In this document: one piece after another, positions 18,430-28,007 of the stretch | How positions within the stretch are numbered: the stretch's first letter is position 1 | Layout of the letters: each line of letters opens with the position of its first letter | Source of the DNA: Akkermansiaceae bacterium | Lineage (GTDB): Bacteria; Verrucomicrobiota; Verrucomicrobiia; Verrucomicrobiales; Akkermansiaceae | DNA length: 64,000 nt | Assembly (NCBI GenBank): GCA_051251915.1 | Contig: JBPOGF010000014.1 | Location: forward strand, 1 to 64,000 | Direction of reading: 5' to 3' | Notes under the pieces: model-generated | Database searches by the model: none | What the model was told of the DNA's origin: nothing | What the model saw: the letters and a program-made list of their open reading frames with translations, nothing else | Program-made: the position numbers and the translations under genes

Positions 18430-19458
18430 TTACTTTCTGGCTAGGAAGATTTTGAAGCCTTGGGCTTCTTTTAGGAGGCGGTGGGAGCGGAAGTGTTCTA
18501 TTAGGGTTTGTTCGTAGGGGAGGTGGAGGTTTGCTACTAGGTAGAGGGTGCCGCCGGGTTTGAGGATGTTGGCGGCTTGTTGGATGAAGGTTTTTCCTAG
18601 GGTGAAGGAGGCGTCTTGGGCTTCGTGGAAGGGGGGGTTCATGATGACGGTGTCGAATGGGCGCTGGTGGGGGATGGTTTGGGTGACGTCTGTCCAGTGG
18701 TATTCGATGTTGGTTTTTTCGTTGGTGTTAGATTTGGTGAGGTTGATTTTTGCGCAGGTGAGGGCGCGGTGGTCTAGCTCGTAGAGGCAGAGGTTTTTCA
18801 TTTTTTGGCGGGTGGTGCCGAGGATGATGTGTGAGAGGTAGCCGTAGGCGGCGCCTAGGTCTGCGACGGAGCCATACCAGGTTTCTTGCTGGAGGATTTC
18901 TGCGAGGAGGAGGGAGCCGGTGTCGATCTTATCTGCGCTGAAGACTCCGGGGAGGGTGAGGAGGTTGGTGCCTTTGATGGGGGCTGGGGTGTTTAGGGTT
19001 GACCATTTGGAGGTAAGTTTTTGGTCGTGATCATTTTTTTCTGGGGAGCATTGGAAGATGCGGCATTTGGCTTTTGAGGTGGTTTCTACGTTGGTGAATG
19101 CTTTGGTGATGTCACGTTTGAGGCGTGATGCGCCGGTTCTGTTGGGGATGATGGAGATCCAGGTGCCGTTGGGTTTGAGGTTTTGGATGTAGGTGCCGAT
19201 GGTGGCGATGTTTTCTGTGGCGAACTTGGTGGCGTAGTGGATGATGAGGTCGAATTTCTGGTCGGTGGAGTGGTGGGTTTCTGTGTGTTTTTCTTTCCAG
19301 AGGTTGTGGGTGTTTGCGAGCTGGGTGATGACGGTGATGTTGTGGTCAGTGAGGTGGTCTAGGTAGGGGGCGGGTTCTGCGTTGAGGAGGAGGGTGTCGC
19401 CAGCTGGGAGTGGGGATTCTAGGGTTTCTAGGTGAAATTTGAGTGCTTTTGAGTGCAT
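18430..19458 (-). CDS. Class I SAM-dependent methyltransferase, RsmC/MTS-like
   Basis: PGVFSADKIDTGSLLL, DLGAAYG, MNPPFH, LVANLHLPYE. Confidence 0.85.
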   Translation of the reverse strand: MHSKALKFHLETLESPLPAGDTLLLNAEPAPYLDHLTDHNITVITQLANTHNLWKEKHTETHHSTDQKFDLIIHYATKFATENIATIGTYIQNLKPNGTWISIIPNRTGASRLKRDITKAFTNVETTSKAKCRIFQCSPEKNDHDQKLTSKWSTLNTPAPIKGTNLLTLPGVFSADKIDTGSLLLAEILQQETWYGSVADLGAAYGYLSHIILGTTRQKMKNLCLYELDHRALTCAKINLTKSNTNEKTNIEYHWTDVTQTIPHQRPFDTVIMNPPFHEAQDASFTLGKTFIQQAANILKPGGTLYLVANLHLPYEQTLIEHFRSHRLLKEAQGFKIFLARK

Positions 19459-19480
19459 GGTGGTGTTGAGGAAAGAGAAT

Positions 19481-21325
19481 TTAGCGGATGTAGCGGTTGG
19501 TGAGGTTTTTGAGGATGTCTTGGAGTTCTTTGGTGCGCTGCATGAGGTGGGCGATTTGTTCTGGTGAGAGGCCGGGTTGGGAGAGGGCGGCGCGGACGGC
19601 GGTTTCTTCTCGTTGGTAGTGTGAGTTGATGATCATGTTGGTGGTGTCCATGGTGGCGCGCTCGATGTCATCTGGGGTGCGGTAGGAGAGGGTTTGCTGG
19701 AGGGCGAGGGTGTCTGCGGGGTGGAGGGTGGAGAGGAATGCCATGATGGCGCCGTTGGAGGTGGCGTCTGGTTTACGGGAGAGGATGGTGGTGAGGAGGT
19801 GTCCGCCGGTGGTGTTCTGGAGTGGGGTGTGGAGGGATTCTAGTTGTTCACGGAGGAGTTCTTGGGCGGTGTTGGAGCTGAGGCAGAGTGAGCAGAGGAC
19901 GGAGACTGAGGAGTCTAGTGGGGTGGGTTCTGTGGGTTGTTCTGCGGGTTCTCCGTGGTGGTTGAGGTTTTGGTCTTTGGAGTTTTCGTATTTTTGTTGG
20001 CGAGCTTGGTCTAGGGAGGCTTTTTTCATGCTTTGGCGGAGGTCTTGTGAGCCTACTCCTAGACGGGCTGCGACTTGGTTGATGACGGTGTCTTGGGCGA
20101 TTTTGTTGGAGAGGAGGTTGATTCTGGCGGCGAGTTCGTTGGTGAGGCGAGTTTTTTCTCGGATGTCTGTGAGGTTGGTTTCGCGTGATTCTTGGTCGAG
20201 TTTGAAGTCGAAGTATTCTTTGGCATTTTCTACGAGGTTTTGGAATGCTTTTACGCCGTGTTTCTGGATGTATGAGTCTGGGTCTTCACCTTTTGGCATG
20301 TCGATGCAGCGGATGTGGATGCCTGCGGGGGCGAGGTGGTCGAAGGCTTTTCCCATGGCTTTGTAGCCGGCGTTGTCTGCGTCATAGCAGAGGACGGCTT
20401 CTGAGGTGTAGCGCTTGAGGAGGCGTGCGTGGTGTTCTGTGCAGGCGGTGCCGAGTGGTGCGATGGCGTTCTGGATGCCTTTTTCGTAGCAGACTATGGC
20501 ATCGATCTGGCCTTCGCAGATGAGGGCGAATTTGGCTTTGGTCATGTGACGGCGTGCTTTGTCTAGGCCGAAGAGTGTGCGTGATTTGTCGAAGATTTGT
20601 GTTTGTGGGGAGTTGATGTATTTGCCGGAGTTTTTGTCTTCTATGAGTTGTCTGCCGGAGAATGCGATGATGTCACCGTAGTCGTTGTGGATGGGGAACA
20701 TGAGGCGGTTTCCGAAGCGGACCCAGAGGCCGGCCTTGGGGTTGTTTTCGTCTCGTTGGCCGGCGAGTCCTGCTTGGCAGAGTTCGCGGCCGGTGTAGCC
20801 ATTTTCTCTGGCCCAGTGGAGGAAGAGTGCGGAGTTGTCTGGCATCCAGCCGATGGTCCAGCGTTCTGCCATTTCTGCGTTGAAGCCTCGGTTTTTGAGG
20901 TAGTCGCGTGCGTGTGCTGCTTGGGGGGATTTGCGCAGCATTTTGTGCATGAAGAGTGCGGCTTCGTTGTGGAGCTGGATGAGGCGTGAGCGGCTGCGCT
21001 GGCGTTTTTCTTGTTGGGGGTCGAAGGCGGCTTCAATGATGGGGACGCCGGCGCGGTCTGCGAGTTTTTTGACGGCGTCTGTGAATGGTATGTTTTCGTA
21101 TTCTTTGACGAATTTTATGGCATCACCGCCTACGCCGCAGCCGAAGCAGTGGTAGTATTGCTTGGCGGGGTTGACGTTGAAGGAGGGGGTTTTTTCGTTA
21201 TGGAATGGGCAGTTGCAGACGAATGCTGAGCCGGCGCGCTTGAGAGGGAAATAGGAGCCGATGACGTCCACGATGTCTGTGGAGTCTAGGACTGCCTTGA
21301 TGGTTTCCTCTGGGATCATTGCCAT
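19481..21325 (-). CDS. dnaG: DNA primase
   Basis: CPFHNEKTPSF zinc finger, CFGC, KYINSP, TOPRIM EGQID and YDADNAG. Confidence 0.97.
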   Translation of the reverse strand: MAMIPEETIKAVLDSTDIVDVIGSYFPLKRAGSAFVCNCPFHNEKTPSFNVNPAKQYYHCFGCGVGGDAIKFVKEYENIPFTDAVKKLADRAGVPIIEAAFDPQQEKRQRSRSRLIQLHNEAALFMHKMLRKSPQAAHARDYLKNRGFNAEMAERWTIGWMPDNSALFLHWARENGYTGRELCQAGLAGQRDENNPKAGLWVRFGNRLMFPIHNDYGDIIAFSGRQLIEDKNSGKYINSPQTQIFDKSRTLFGLDKARRHMTKAKFALICEGQIDAIVCYEKGIQNAIAPLGTACTEHHARLLKRYTSEAVLCYDADNAGYKAMGKAFDHLAPAGIHIRCIDMPKGEDPDSYIQKHGVKAFQNLVENAKEYFDFKLDQESRETNLTDIREKTRLTNELAARINLLSNKIAQDTVINQVAARLGVGSQDLRQSMKKASLDQARQQKYENSKDQNLNHHGEPAEQPTEPTPLDSSVSVLCSLCLSSNTAQELLREQLESLHTPLQNTTGGHLLTTILSRKPDATSNGAIMAFLSTLHPADTLALQQTLSYRTPDDIERATMDTTNMIINSHYQREETAVRAALSQPGLSPEQIAHLMQRTKELQDILKNLTNRYIR

Positions 21326-21468
21326 GGTTTAACGTCTTAGGGTGGTGGGATTAGACGCGACTTTTTCAGAGTGGTAGGGAAGAAGCAATTAAATTATAAA
21401 TTATAGTTTATGGGGGTTGAGGAGGGTGATGGTGGGAGGGTGTGGTGTTTTGTGTGTGTTGGTGTTGT

Positions 21469-23973
21469 TTATCTTTCTAGTGTGAGTGTGAGTGACTCAT
21501 GTGGTGCTTGGTGTGTGGTGACCCAGGCGTGGGGTTTGAGGTCTGTGCCTCCGCCTGTGAGGCTGAGGACTACGACTTCGATTTTTTTGCCTCGCATGTC
21601 GTCTGTGACTGGGAAGAAGTAGGTGTTATTTTTGTCATGTGGTCCTACTGGGTATTCCCAGGCTACGCATGGGAAGGATGGTGCACGTTGTGGTGCTCCG
21701 ACCCATTTGCCGTCTACTCTGAGTGCAGCGAATGCTTTGTTTTTTCCGTGGACTCCTTCGATGGCGGCGCAGATGTAGCTGCCGGCGGCGGTGTTGGGTG
21801 CGATGTCTACTGTGGCTTCCCAGGCGGCGATGGGTTTGGCGGCGGCGTAGGGTGCGAAGAGGTGGGTGACGTGGATGTTTGTGGTGTTGATGCTTTTGTT
21901 TCCGAGGTTGAGTGACATTTCAGCGATACGGTCAGGGGCGTCTAGGACTCTGATGTAGCGGAATGTTTTTGGTTGTGGGAGGTGGAGTTCCCAGGTGTGG
22001 ATGTCTGTGTTGAATAGTGATGATGTGCCGCCATTTTTGCCGATGTCTGCTACGGGGATTTTGTCTGGTGATTTTGTGGTTCTGTTGATGGTGACTGTTT
22101 TCCAGTTGGTGAGGTCTGAGGAGATCTGTGCGGTGAGTTGTGTTTTTGGTTGTTGTGTGAGGTCACTTTTCCAGAGTGACTGGAGTGTGATGGTGTCTAG
22201 GGCTTGTGGGGATTTTAGGTCGATGCGTAGTGCTCCGCCGTTGATGCGTTTGTCTGTTCCGTAGTGGAGGGTGCTGAAGAATGTGTCTAGTTTGCCGTCG
22301 AACATGTATTTGTCCCAGATGCCTCTGCGCCAGAAGAGTTCTTGCTGGAAGAAGGCGTCACGAGCTTTTTGGACTTGGGTGACGGTTGTGGGGCCGGAGC
22401 GCTTGAGGGACTGGACTTCAAGGGCGTTGTTTTCTGCGGTGTAGCAGGTGGCTTCGTAGAGTTGCTCTGCGTCTGTGGGGACGGGGATGGGTTTGAGGGT
22501 GGCGAGTTTTTTGTGTGCTGGTAGTGAAATGGGTGTGCCTGGGAAGGTGATGGTGGCTTGGTCTGAGAGGATGTTGTCTAGTGGTTTGCCGTTGAGGTAT
22601 GCTTTGGTGAATGTTTGGTCTCCTGAGTTTAGTGAGATGGTGGATGTGGAGCCTGGTAGGCCGAGGAGCTTGATGATGGCTGGCTTGTCTTGGGTGTCGC
22701 GGACGACTTCGTATTCGGTTCCGTTTATGCCTATTTCAGGGACTGGCTGTGTGCTGGCCATGAGGAGGTAGGATCTGAATGGTGGGATTGTGATCTGGAT
22801 GGTTTCTCCGTATTTGTAGTTTCCTAGGATATTTTCTGATGGGTGGTAGCGGCGGACTTCGACGTTGTTTTTGTCTGTGAGGCCGATTTCTTCGTTGAGT
22901 GTGATGTCGTAGGTGATGGGTTCCCAGGTGAGGTTTCTGAGTGAGAGGTAGCGGGTGGCGTCATCTCCACGTGCGACGGCGTGGATGCCGTATTTTTTTT
23001 CTGGGAGGACGATGCCTTCAACGAGGATTTCACGGCTGCGGTAGTGGAGGTTGAAGATGCGGCTCATTTTGGCGAGTTCGTCATCACGGAGGAGCCATGG
23101 GTTGCCGTAGATTTGTGGGGCGAGGATGAGGTTGCGGTTGAAGGCTTGGAGGATGAGGTCATCTTCCCAGTTGTCTAGGCATGATGAGATGCATACGCCG
23201 TGGTCTTCTGTGAGGCGTTTGAGTTCTGGTGGGAGTCCACGGGACATGGCGCCGGCGCGGTTGTGGGGGGCGGTGATGGCGTTTTTGATGTGGACGTCGA
23301 TGTAGGTTTCTTGGCCGCCCCAGAGGAAGGTGGTGGCGTGAGGTTTGGCGTGGCCGAGGTTGAGTCTGTGGTTGAGGACGACGAGGTCTGGTGCGTATTC
23401 ACGGCAGGCCATCATGGCTCTGGCGAAGGCGTCTTGTTTTTCGGTGCGGAGCTGGGTTCCTACGGCGTCGAATTTGAAGAGTTGGAGGCGGTAGTCGCGG
23501 CAGAATTTTACGAGCAGGTCGATGCGGGCTTGTTCTTCTTCTGGGGTGTCACCGAATCCGTCTGGTCCTCCCCAGAGTCCGAGGCGGGTGTCGAATGATT
23601 CTGCGAGGTCTGCGATGCTGGACCAGCCGTTGGGGAATTGTGATTTGAACTTGGGGGTGTCCATGTTGCCGTAGTATTGGGCGCTGTCGATATTTCCTGC
23701 GTCCCAGGCGTAGATGCCGAGTTGCATGCCGTATTCGTCATGGAGCCATTTGAAGAATTCTAGGTTGGTGATGGTTTGTTCTTCAGTGGCTCCTTCGTTG
23801 GTGTTGTTGATCCAGGAGAAGTATTCTGGGATGGAGGGGGTTTTTTCTGTGATGGTGCCGTAGTTGGGTGTGGGTGTGGTAGGGGCTTTTGGTGCGGCGC
23901 TTTCTAGGGCTGTTAGGTTTCCTAGGAGTGATGTGTACAGAGTGAGGGCGAGAAGTGAATATCGGTGAGACAT
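21469..23973 (-). CDS. Secreted uncharacterised glycoside-hydrolase-like protein (TIM barrel plus beta-sandwich domains)
   Basis: Signal peptide; YFSW, WDAG, LGLW and FKFD motifs resemble clan GH-D; C-terminal discoidin-like segment. Confidence 0.55.
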   Translation of the reverse strand: MSHRYSLLALTLYTSLLGNLTALESAAPKAPTTPTPNYGTITEKTPSIPEYFSWINNTNEGATEEQTITNLEFFKWLHDEYGMQLGIYAWDAGNIDSAQYYGNMDTPKFKSQFPNGWSSIADLAESFDTRLGLWGGPDGFGDTPEEEQARIDLLVKFCRDYRLQLFKFDAVGTQLRTEKQDAFARAMMACREYAPDLVVLNHRLNLGHAKPHATTFLWGGQETYIDVHIKNAITAPHNRAGAMSRGLPPELKRLTEDHGVCISSCLDNWEDDLILQAFNRNLILAPQIYGNPWLLRDDELAKMSRIFNLHYRSREILVEGIVLPEKKYGIHAVARGDDATRYLSLRNLTWEPITYDITLNEEIGLTDKNNVEVRRYHPSENILGNYKYGETIQITIPPFRSYLLMASTQPVPEIGINGTEYEVVRDTQDKPAIIKLLGLPGSTSTISLNSGDQTFTKAYLNGKPLDNILSDQATITFPGTPISLPAHKKLATLKPIPVPTDAEQLYEATCYTAENNALEVQSLKRSGPTTVTQVQKARDAFFQQELFWRRGIWDKYMFDGKLDTFFSTLHYGTDKRINGGALRIDLKSPQALDTITLQSLWKSDLTQQPKTQLTAQISSDLTNWKTVTINRTTKSPDKIPVADIGKNGGTSSLFNTDIHTWELHLPQPKTFRYIRVLDAPDRIAEMSLNLGNKSINTTNIHVTHLFAPYAAAKPIAAWEATVDIAPNTAAGSYICAAIEGVHGKNKAFAALRVDGKWVGAPQRAPSFPCVAWEYPVGPHDKNNTYFFPVTDDMRGKKIEVVVLSLTGGGTDLKPHAWVTTHQAPHESLTLTLER

Positions 23974-24164
23974 GTTGTGAGGTCGCTATAGCGTGGTTAT
24001 GATTCTGATGTGATCCAGAGCTTATCTGCTGGAACTTTTCACACATACTGGGGTTACGCTAGTGATTTTACAACAAGGTGCGGGGTATTTGAAAACGATA
24101 TGGGGCAGAAAACGACCTAGTGTTAGAGAGGAGGTTTTGGTGGGAGGGCTAGGGGTAAGTTTTT

Positions 24165-24827
24165 TTATGGGCAGAGGCGCTGGAGTTTCCAGTCCTGGGG
24201 GGTATCAGAGGTAAGTTTTCTGGTGTAGATGATGCGGTCGTGAAGTCGGCTGGGGCGGCCTTGCCAGAACTCGATGTAGTCTGGTATGAGGCGGTATCCT
24301 CCCCAGAATTCTGGGAGAGGGACGGTGGTGCCTTGTGGATACTGGAGTAGGAGTTCTTGCTCGCGTTTTTCTAGTGTGGCGCGGTCTGCTAGTGGGTGGG
24401 ACTGGGCTGATGCGGTGGCGCCGATTTGTGAGCTGTGGGGGCGCATGTGGAAGTAGTTTTCTGATTCTTGGCGGGTGGTTTTGACTACTTTTCCGCGGAT
24501 GCAGATCTGGCGTTCTAGTTCTTTCCAGTGGAGGGTGATGGCGGCGTGTGGGTTCTGGGCGATGTCTTTTCCTTTGTGTGATGTGTAGTTGGTGAAGAAG
24601 CAGAAGCCGTTGTCGTCGTAGTGCTTGAGGAGGACGATTCTGGAGGAGGGGATGCCGTGTGCGTCGGCGGTGGCGAGGGTCATGGCGTTGGGGTCAACGA
24701 TTTCTGTGGCGATGGCTAGGTGCATCCAGTTTTGGAACTGGGTGAAGGGGTCAGGGTGGACGTCTATGACATCTAGTCCGGACTTGGTGTAGTTTTCCCT
24801 GAGGTCTGCGAGTGATGGCTTTTGCAT
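24165..24827 (-). CDS. pdxH: Pyridoxamine 5'-phosphate oxidase
   Basis: RIVLLK, FFTNYTSHKG, EFWQGRPSRLHDR. Confidence 0.97.
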   Translation of the reverse strand: MQKPSLADLRENYTKSGLDVIDVHPDPFTQFQNWMHLAIATEIVDPNAMTLATADAHGIPSSRIVLLKHYDDNGFCFFTNYTSHKGKDIAQNPHAAITLHWKELERQICIRGKVVKTTRQESENYFHMRPHSSQIGATASAQSHPLADRATLEKREQELLLQYPQGTTVPLPEFWGGYRLIPDYIEFWQGRPSRLHDRIIYTRKLTSDTPQDWKLQRLCP

Positions 24828-25003
24828 GAGTTGATAATCTATGGGATCTGGGATTCAGTCAATGGTGGATTGGTCAATTGTCAATGGGGGTGTGTGGGGG
24901 CTTGAGTTGTTGGTTTGGTGGGTTTTTTAATTAGGGGCTTGATTATTTGGTGGGGGGGATTGAGGATGGCTGTATTAGTAAAAATCACTAAGATACAAAA
25001 ATT

Positions 25004-26083
25004 ATGAAAACAAAACTTGGAATTATCGGTGCGGGCGGAATGCTCCAATATCATGCGGCGGGCTTTAGACAGGCAGGTGCAGAGTTGATAGCAGTGGCTG
25101 ATGTGGCACCTGGTGCTGCGGAGAGAGCGGCTAAGGAGTGGGATATAGCGGAGGCTTATACTTCTGTGGAGGAGATGCTGGAGAAGTCTGATGTGGATGC
25201 TATTTCAGTGATCGTTCCTAATAAGTTTCATGCTCCGTTGGCGATTCAGTGTATGAATGCAGGGAAGCATGTTTTCTGTGAGAAGCCGCCGGCGTTGTCA
25301 GCAGCGGAGCTGGAGGAGATGATTAAGGTTTCTGAGGCTACTGGTAAGAAGTTGATGTTTAATTTCAATAACCGTGCTCGTCCTGAGTCACGTGAGATGA
25401 AGAAGTTGTTGGTGAGTGGTGAGCTGGGTGAGATTAACTCAGCGCAGGCGAAGTGGGCTAGGCGTACGGGTATTCCTGGGATTGGTGGTTGGTTTACGAA
25501 TAAGGCGTTGGCTGGTGGTGGTGCGTTGATTGATCTGTTGCATATGGTGGATCTGGCGATGTACTTTATGGGTAATCCTGAGCCTAGTTATGTAATGGGT
25601 AAGACGTTTGATACGCATATTACGAATCCTGAGTTTAAGGGGCCATGGGGCATTCCTGATAATGCTGAGGGTGTGACTGATGTGGAGGCTGCGGCACATG
25701 GATTTATTTCTTTTAAGACTGGGCAGACTCTTTCATTCCAGGTTTCTTGGGCTGAGATGATCAAGCGCGAGGAGGCTTCTGTGGTGTTCCAAGCTACGAA
25801 GGCTGGTGGTAAGGTGGAGCGACTTTTTGCGGAAGACGGGATTGACGAGACTGCGATTGATACTTGTGAGCTTTATGTGCAGGAAGATGGTAAGCCGGTG
25901 GATAAGACGATAGAGGTCGAGGAGTGTGAGGACATGGGACGCATTAGTTCTGCTGCGAATTTCGTGGAAGCGATTGAGGGGACTGCGGAGCCGCTTAATA
26001 CCTTGGATCAGGCGTTGATTCTGATGAAAGTGATTGATGCTATTTATGAGTCTAGTAAGACTGGGGCGCCGGTGGCGCTTTAA
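25004..26083 (+). CDS. Gfo/Idh/MocA-family oxidoreductase
   Basis: GIIGAG, GKHVFCEKP, GGGALIDLLH. Confidence 0.93.
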   Translation: MKTKLGIIGAGGMLQYHAAGFRQAGAELIAVADVAPGAAERAAKEWDIAEAYTSVEEMLEKSDVDAISVIVPNKFHAPLAIQCMNAGKHVFCEKPPALSAAELEEMIKVSEATGKKLMFNFNNRARPESREMKKLLVSGELGEINSAQAKWARRTGIPGIGGWFTNKALAGGGALIDLLHMVDLAMYFMGNPEPSYVMGKTFDTHITNPEFKGPWGIPDNAEGVTDVEAAAHGFISFKTGQTLSFQVSWAEMIKREEASVVFQATKAGGKVERLFAEDGIDETAIDTCELYVQEDGKPVDKTIEVEECEDMGRISSAANFVEAIEGTAEPLNTLDQALILMKVIDAIYESSKTGAPVAL

Positions 26084-26199
26084 GGGGAAAGTTTAAAGGA
26101 GAAACGATAAAGGGCTGGTGCTTTGGTGGCTTGGGTTGTCGCGTATAACGGCTTTGCCGCACGCGATTACTTTTGCTGGGGTGCTGGTCTTTTTTTTTG

Positions 26200-26257
26200 T
26201 GGTGGACGATGGAACTTTTTTTGACCACGGAATGCACCGAATAACACTGAACTTGGT
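26200..26257 (+). repeat. Partial third copy of the composite repeat
   Basis: TGGTGGACGATGGAAC...TTTTGACCACGGAA...ACACTGAACTTGGT. Confidence 0.85.
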
Positions 26258-26342
26258 AGGTGAAACGGAACTTGTGTTGTGGTTTATAATGGCTTGATCA
26301 TCAGTGGATGTTTAGTGGTGATTTTTTGGCTGGATAGCTGGG

Positions 26343-26371
26343 TTGACAGGGGGTGGTTTTGAAATTAGGCT
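26343..26371 (+). promoter_or_regulatory. Sigma70-like promoter for the GH128 gene, probably leaderless
   Basis: TTGACA-N17-TAGGCT, with the ATG 6 nt downstream. Confidence 0.55.
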
Positions 26372-26377
26372 GGGGGG

Positions 26378-27184
26378 ATGAAGACTGATATTTATTCTAA
26401 GATTGTTTTTCCGCGTCGCCATTTTCTTAAGTCACTTACTTTGGCGGGGGCGGTTTGCTTGTCAGGGGCGTTATCGGTTATGGCGGCTGATTCTGAAGAA
26501 TATTCTGAGAAGAAGGGGTTTTGTGGGGGGAATGTGAAGGGGCATGAAGAGATGAATGTGGCTTGGTTTTATACTTGGTTTGAGGGGGGAGATAGGAATG
26601 CGAAGATTGAGTTTGTGCCGATGGTAAAGGGGAAGGCGAAATTAGGAGATAATGTGTTTAATCAGATTAGGAAGAAGCAGAATGTGAAGTATCTGCTGGG
26701 CTATAATGAGCCGGAGCGAGCGAAGCAGGGGAATATATCAGTGGAGGAAGGACTGAAAGCTTGGCCGAAGTTGGTGAAGCTGGCTGAGGAGAAGGGGGTG
26801 CCATTGGGTAGTCCGGCGGTGTCTAGTGATAAGGGTGGGCTTGCTTGGCTGGATAAATTTATGAAGGGTGCTAAGAAGGAGAAGTTGAAGATCGATTTCT
26901 TGGCTGTGCATTGGTATGGGGGGACTGATGTTGATCAGTTTGAGAAGTATCTCGATAATCTTTACGATAAGTATCGTTTACCTATTTGGGTGACGGAGTT
27001 TAATGGGTGGAGCGGGACAGAGAGGGAGATGGAGGAGTTTGCGATTAAATCATTTAAGATGCTAGAGAAGCATCGCAAGGTGGAGAGGTATGCTTATTTC
27101 AGTAAGAAGAAGGGGACGGCTGGTTCTTTGTGGAATGCAGATGGGACTCTTTCTAAGATAGGCTTGGCTTATAAAGAATTATAG
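26378..27184 (+). CDS. GH128-like beta-1,3-glucanase with Tat signal
   Basis: RRHFLK twin-arginine signal; WFYTW, EFVPM, GYNEP, AVHWY, IWVTEF. Confidence 0.85.
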   Translation: MKTDIYSKIVFPRRHFLKSLTLAGAVCLSGALSVMAADSEEYSEKKGFCGGNVKGHEEMNVAWFYTWFEGGDRNAKIEFVPMVKGKAKLGDNVFNQIRKKQNVKYLLGYNEPERAKQGNISVEEGLKAWPKLVKLAEEKGVPLGSPAVSSDKGGLAWLDKFMKGAKKEKLKIDFLAVHWYGGTDVDQFEKYLDNLYDKYRLPIWVTEFNGWSGTEREMEEFAIKSFKMLEKHRKVERYAYFSKKKGTAGSLWNADGTLSKIGLAYKEL

Positions 27185-27246
27185 AGGCAACAGCACTTGT
27201 TGTTAGCGCTGGCCTCTATAGGGTGAATTTTATGCTAAGGGAAATG

Positions 27247-27978
27247 CTAGGGCATGTCTTGGATGGTGACCATGCCTAGTGGGGTAGAGCCCATTTTAGC
27301 GCGTTTGGTGCTGGCGAAGCAGACGAAGATGACTCTTCTTCCTGGGATGAGTCTGATGCGTTTACTGCCCATGATTTTGTTTTCACCTTGATAGCGCATG
27401 ACGACCGTGGCTGAGGTGTATGAATTACGTCCCGCAGCTTTGAAGTTATGGCTGATACGTTCATTGACTTGGGCAACATATTTGTCTTCTTCGACTTGGA
27501 TTCCTAGAGCAACTGGGCTGAAGTTGAAGAGATGGACTTGGTTTGCTCCTAATGAGATGGCACCTAAACCGTATACTCTACTAGTCATGGGTTTATTTTC
27601 TAGTTGTGAAAGAATGACTAAATAATCGCTACCTGAGCCAGTGAGAGCGGCCTCGATGACAGGCACGTGGATTTCTGTACCTTCTTCATTTATTGTTTTT
27701 TTATACAAATTAAATGATCTTCCTCCTCTTACTGGGATCGCAGGGCTGATACCTTCGTCCTTGAGGGGCGTCGCGTAATATTTAGAGTCTATTTTGACAT
27801 AATAGAGTTCATCTGCATTGGGGCTGAATGTGCAGATTACTTTGCATGTTAGATCACCTTCTTTAAAGCTAGGTAGAGTTTCCATTCGCCCGATGTCTTC
27901 TGCCTGTGCGAAAACAGGGGTGATGCTGAAGTAGGTGAGGGTTAGGACTGTAACGAGTGATATGATTGACTTGAACAT
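27247..27978 (-). CDS. Secreted hypothetical protein accompanying the PilX-like gene
   Basis: Signal peptide, beta-rich; 29 nt downstream of the large pilin-like gene. Confidence 0.7.
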   Translation of the reverse strand: MFKSIISLVTVLTLTYFSITPVFAQAEDIGRMETLPSFKEGDLTCKVICTFSPNADELYYVKIDSKYYATPLKDEGISPAIPVRGGRSFNLYKKTINEEGTEIHVPVIEAALTGSGSDYLVILSQLENKPMTSRVYGLGAISLGANQVHLFNFSPVALGIQVEEDKYVAQVNERISHNFKAAGRNSYTSATVVMRYQGENKIMGSKRIRLIPGRRVIFVCFASTKRAKMGSTPLGMVTIQDMP

Positions 27979-28007
27979 ATGTTTAATGGGTATTTGGATT
28001 AAATTAA

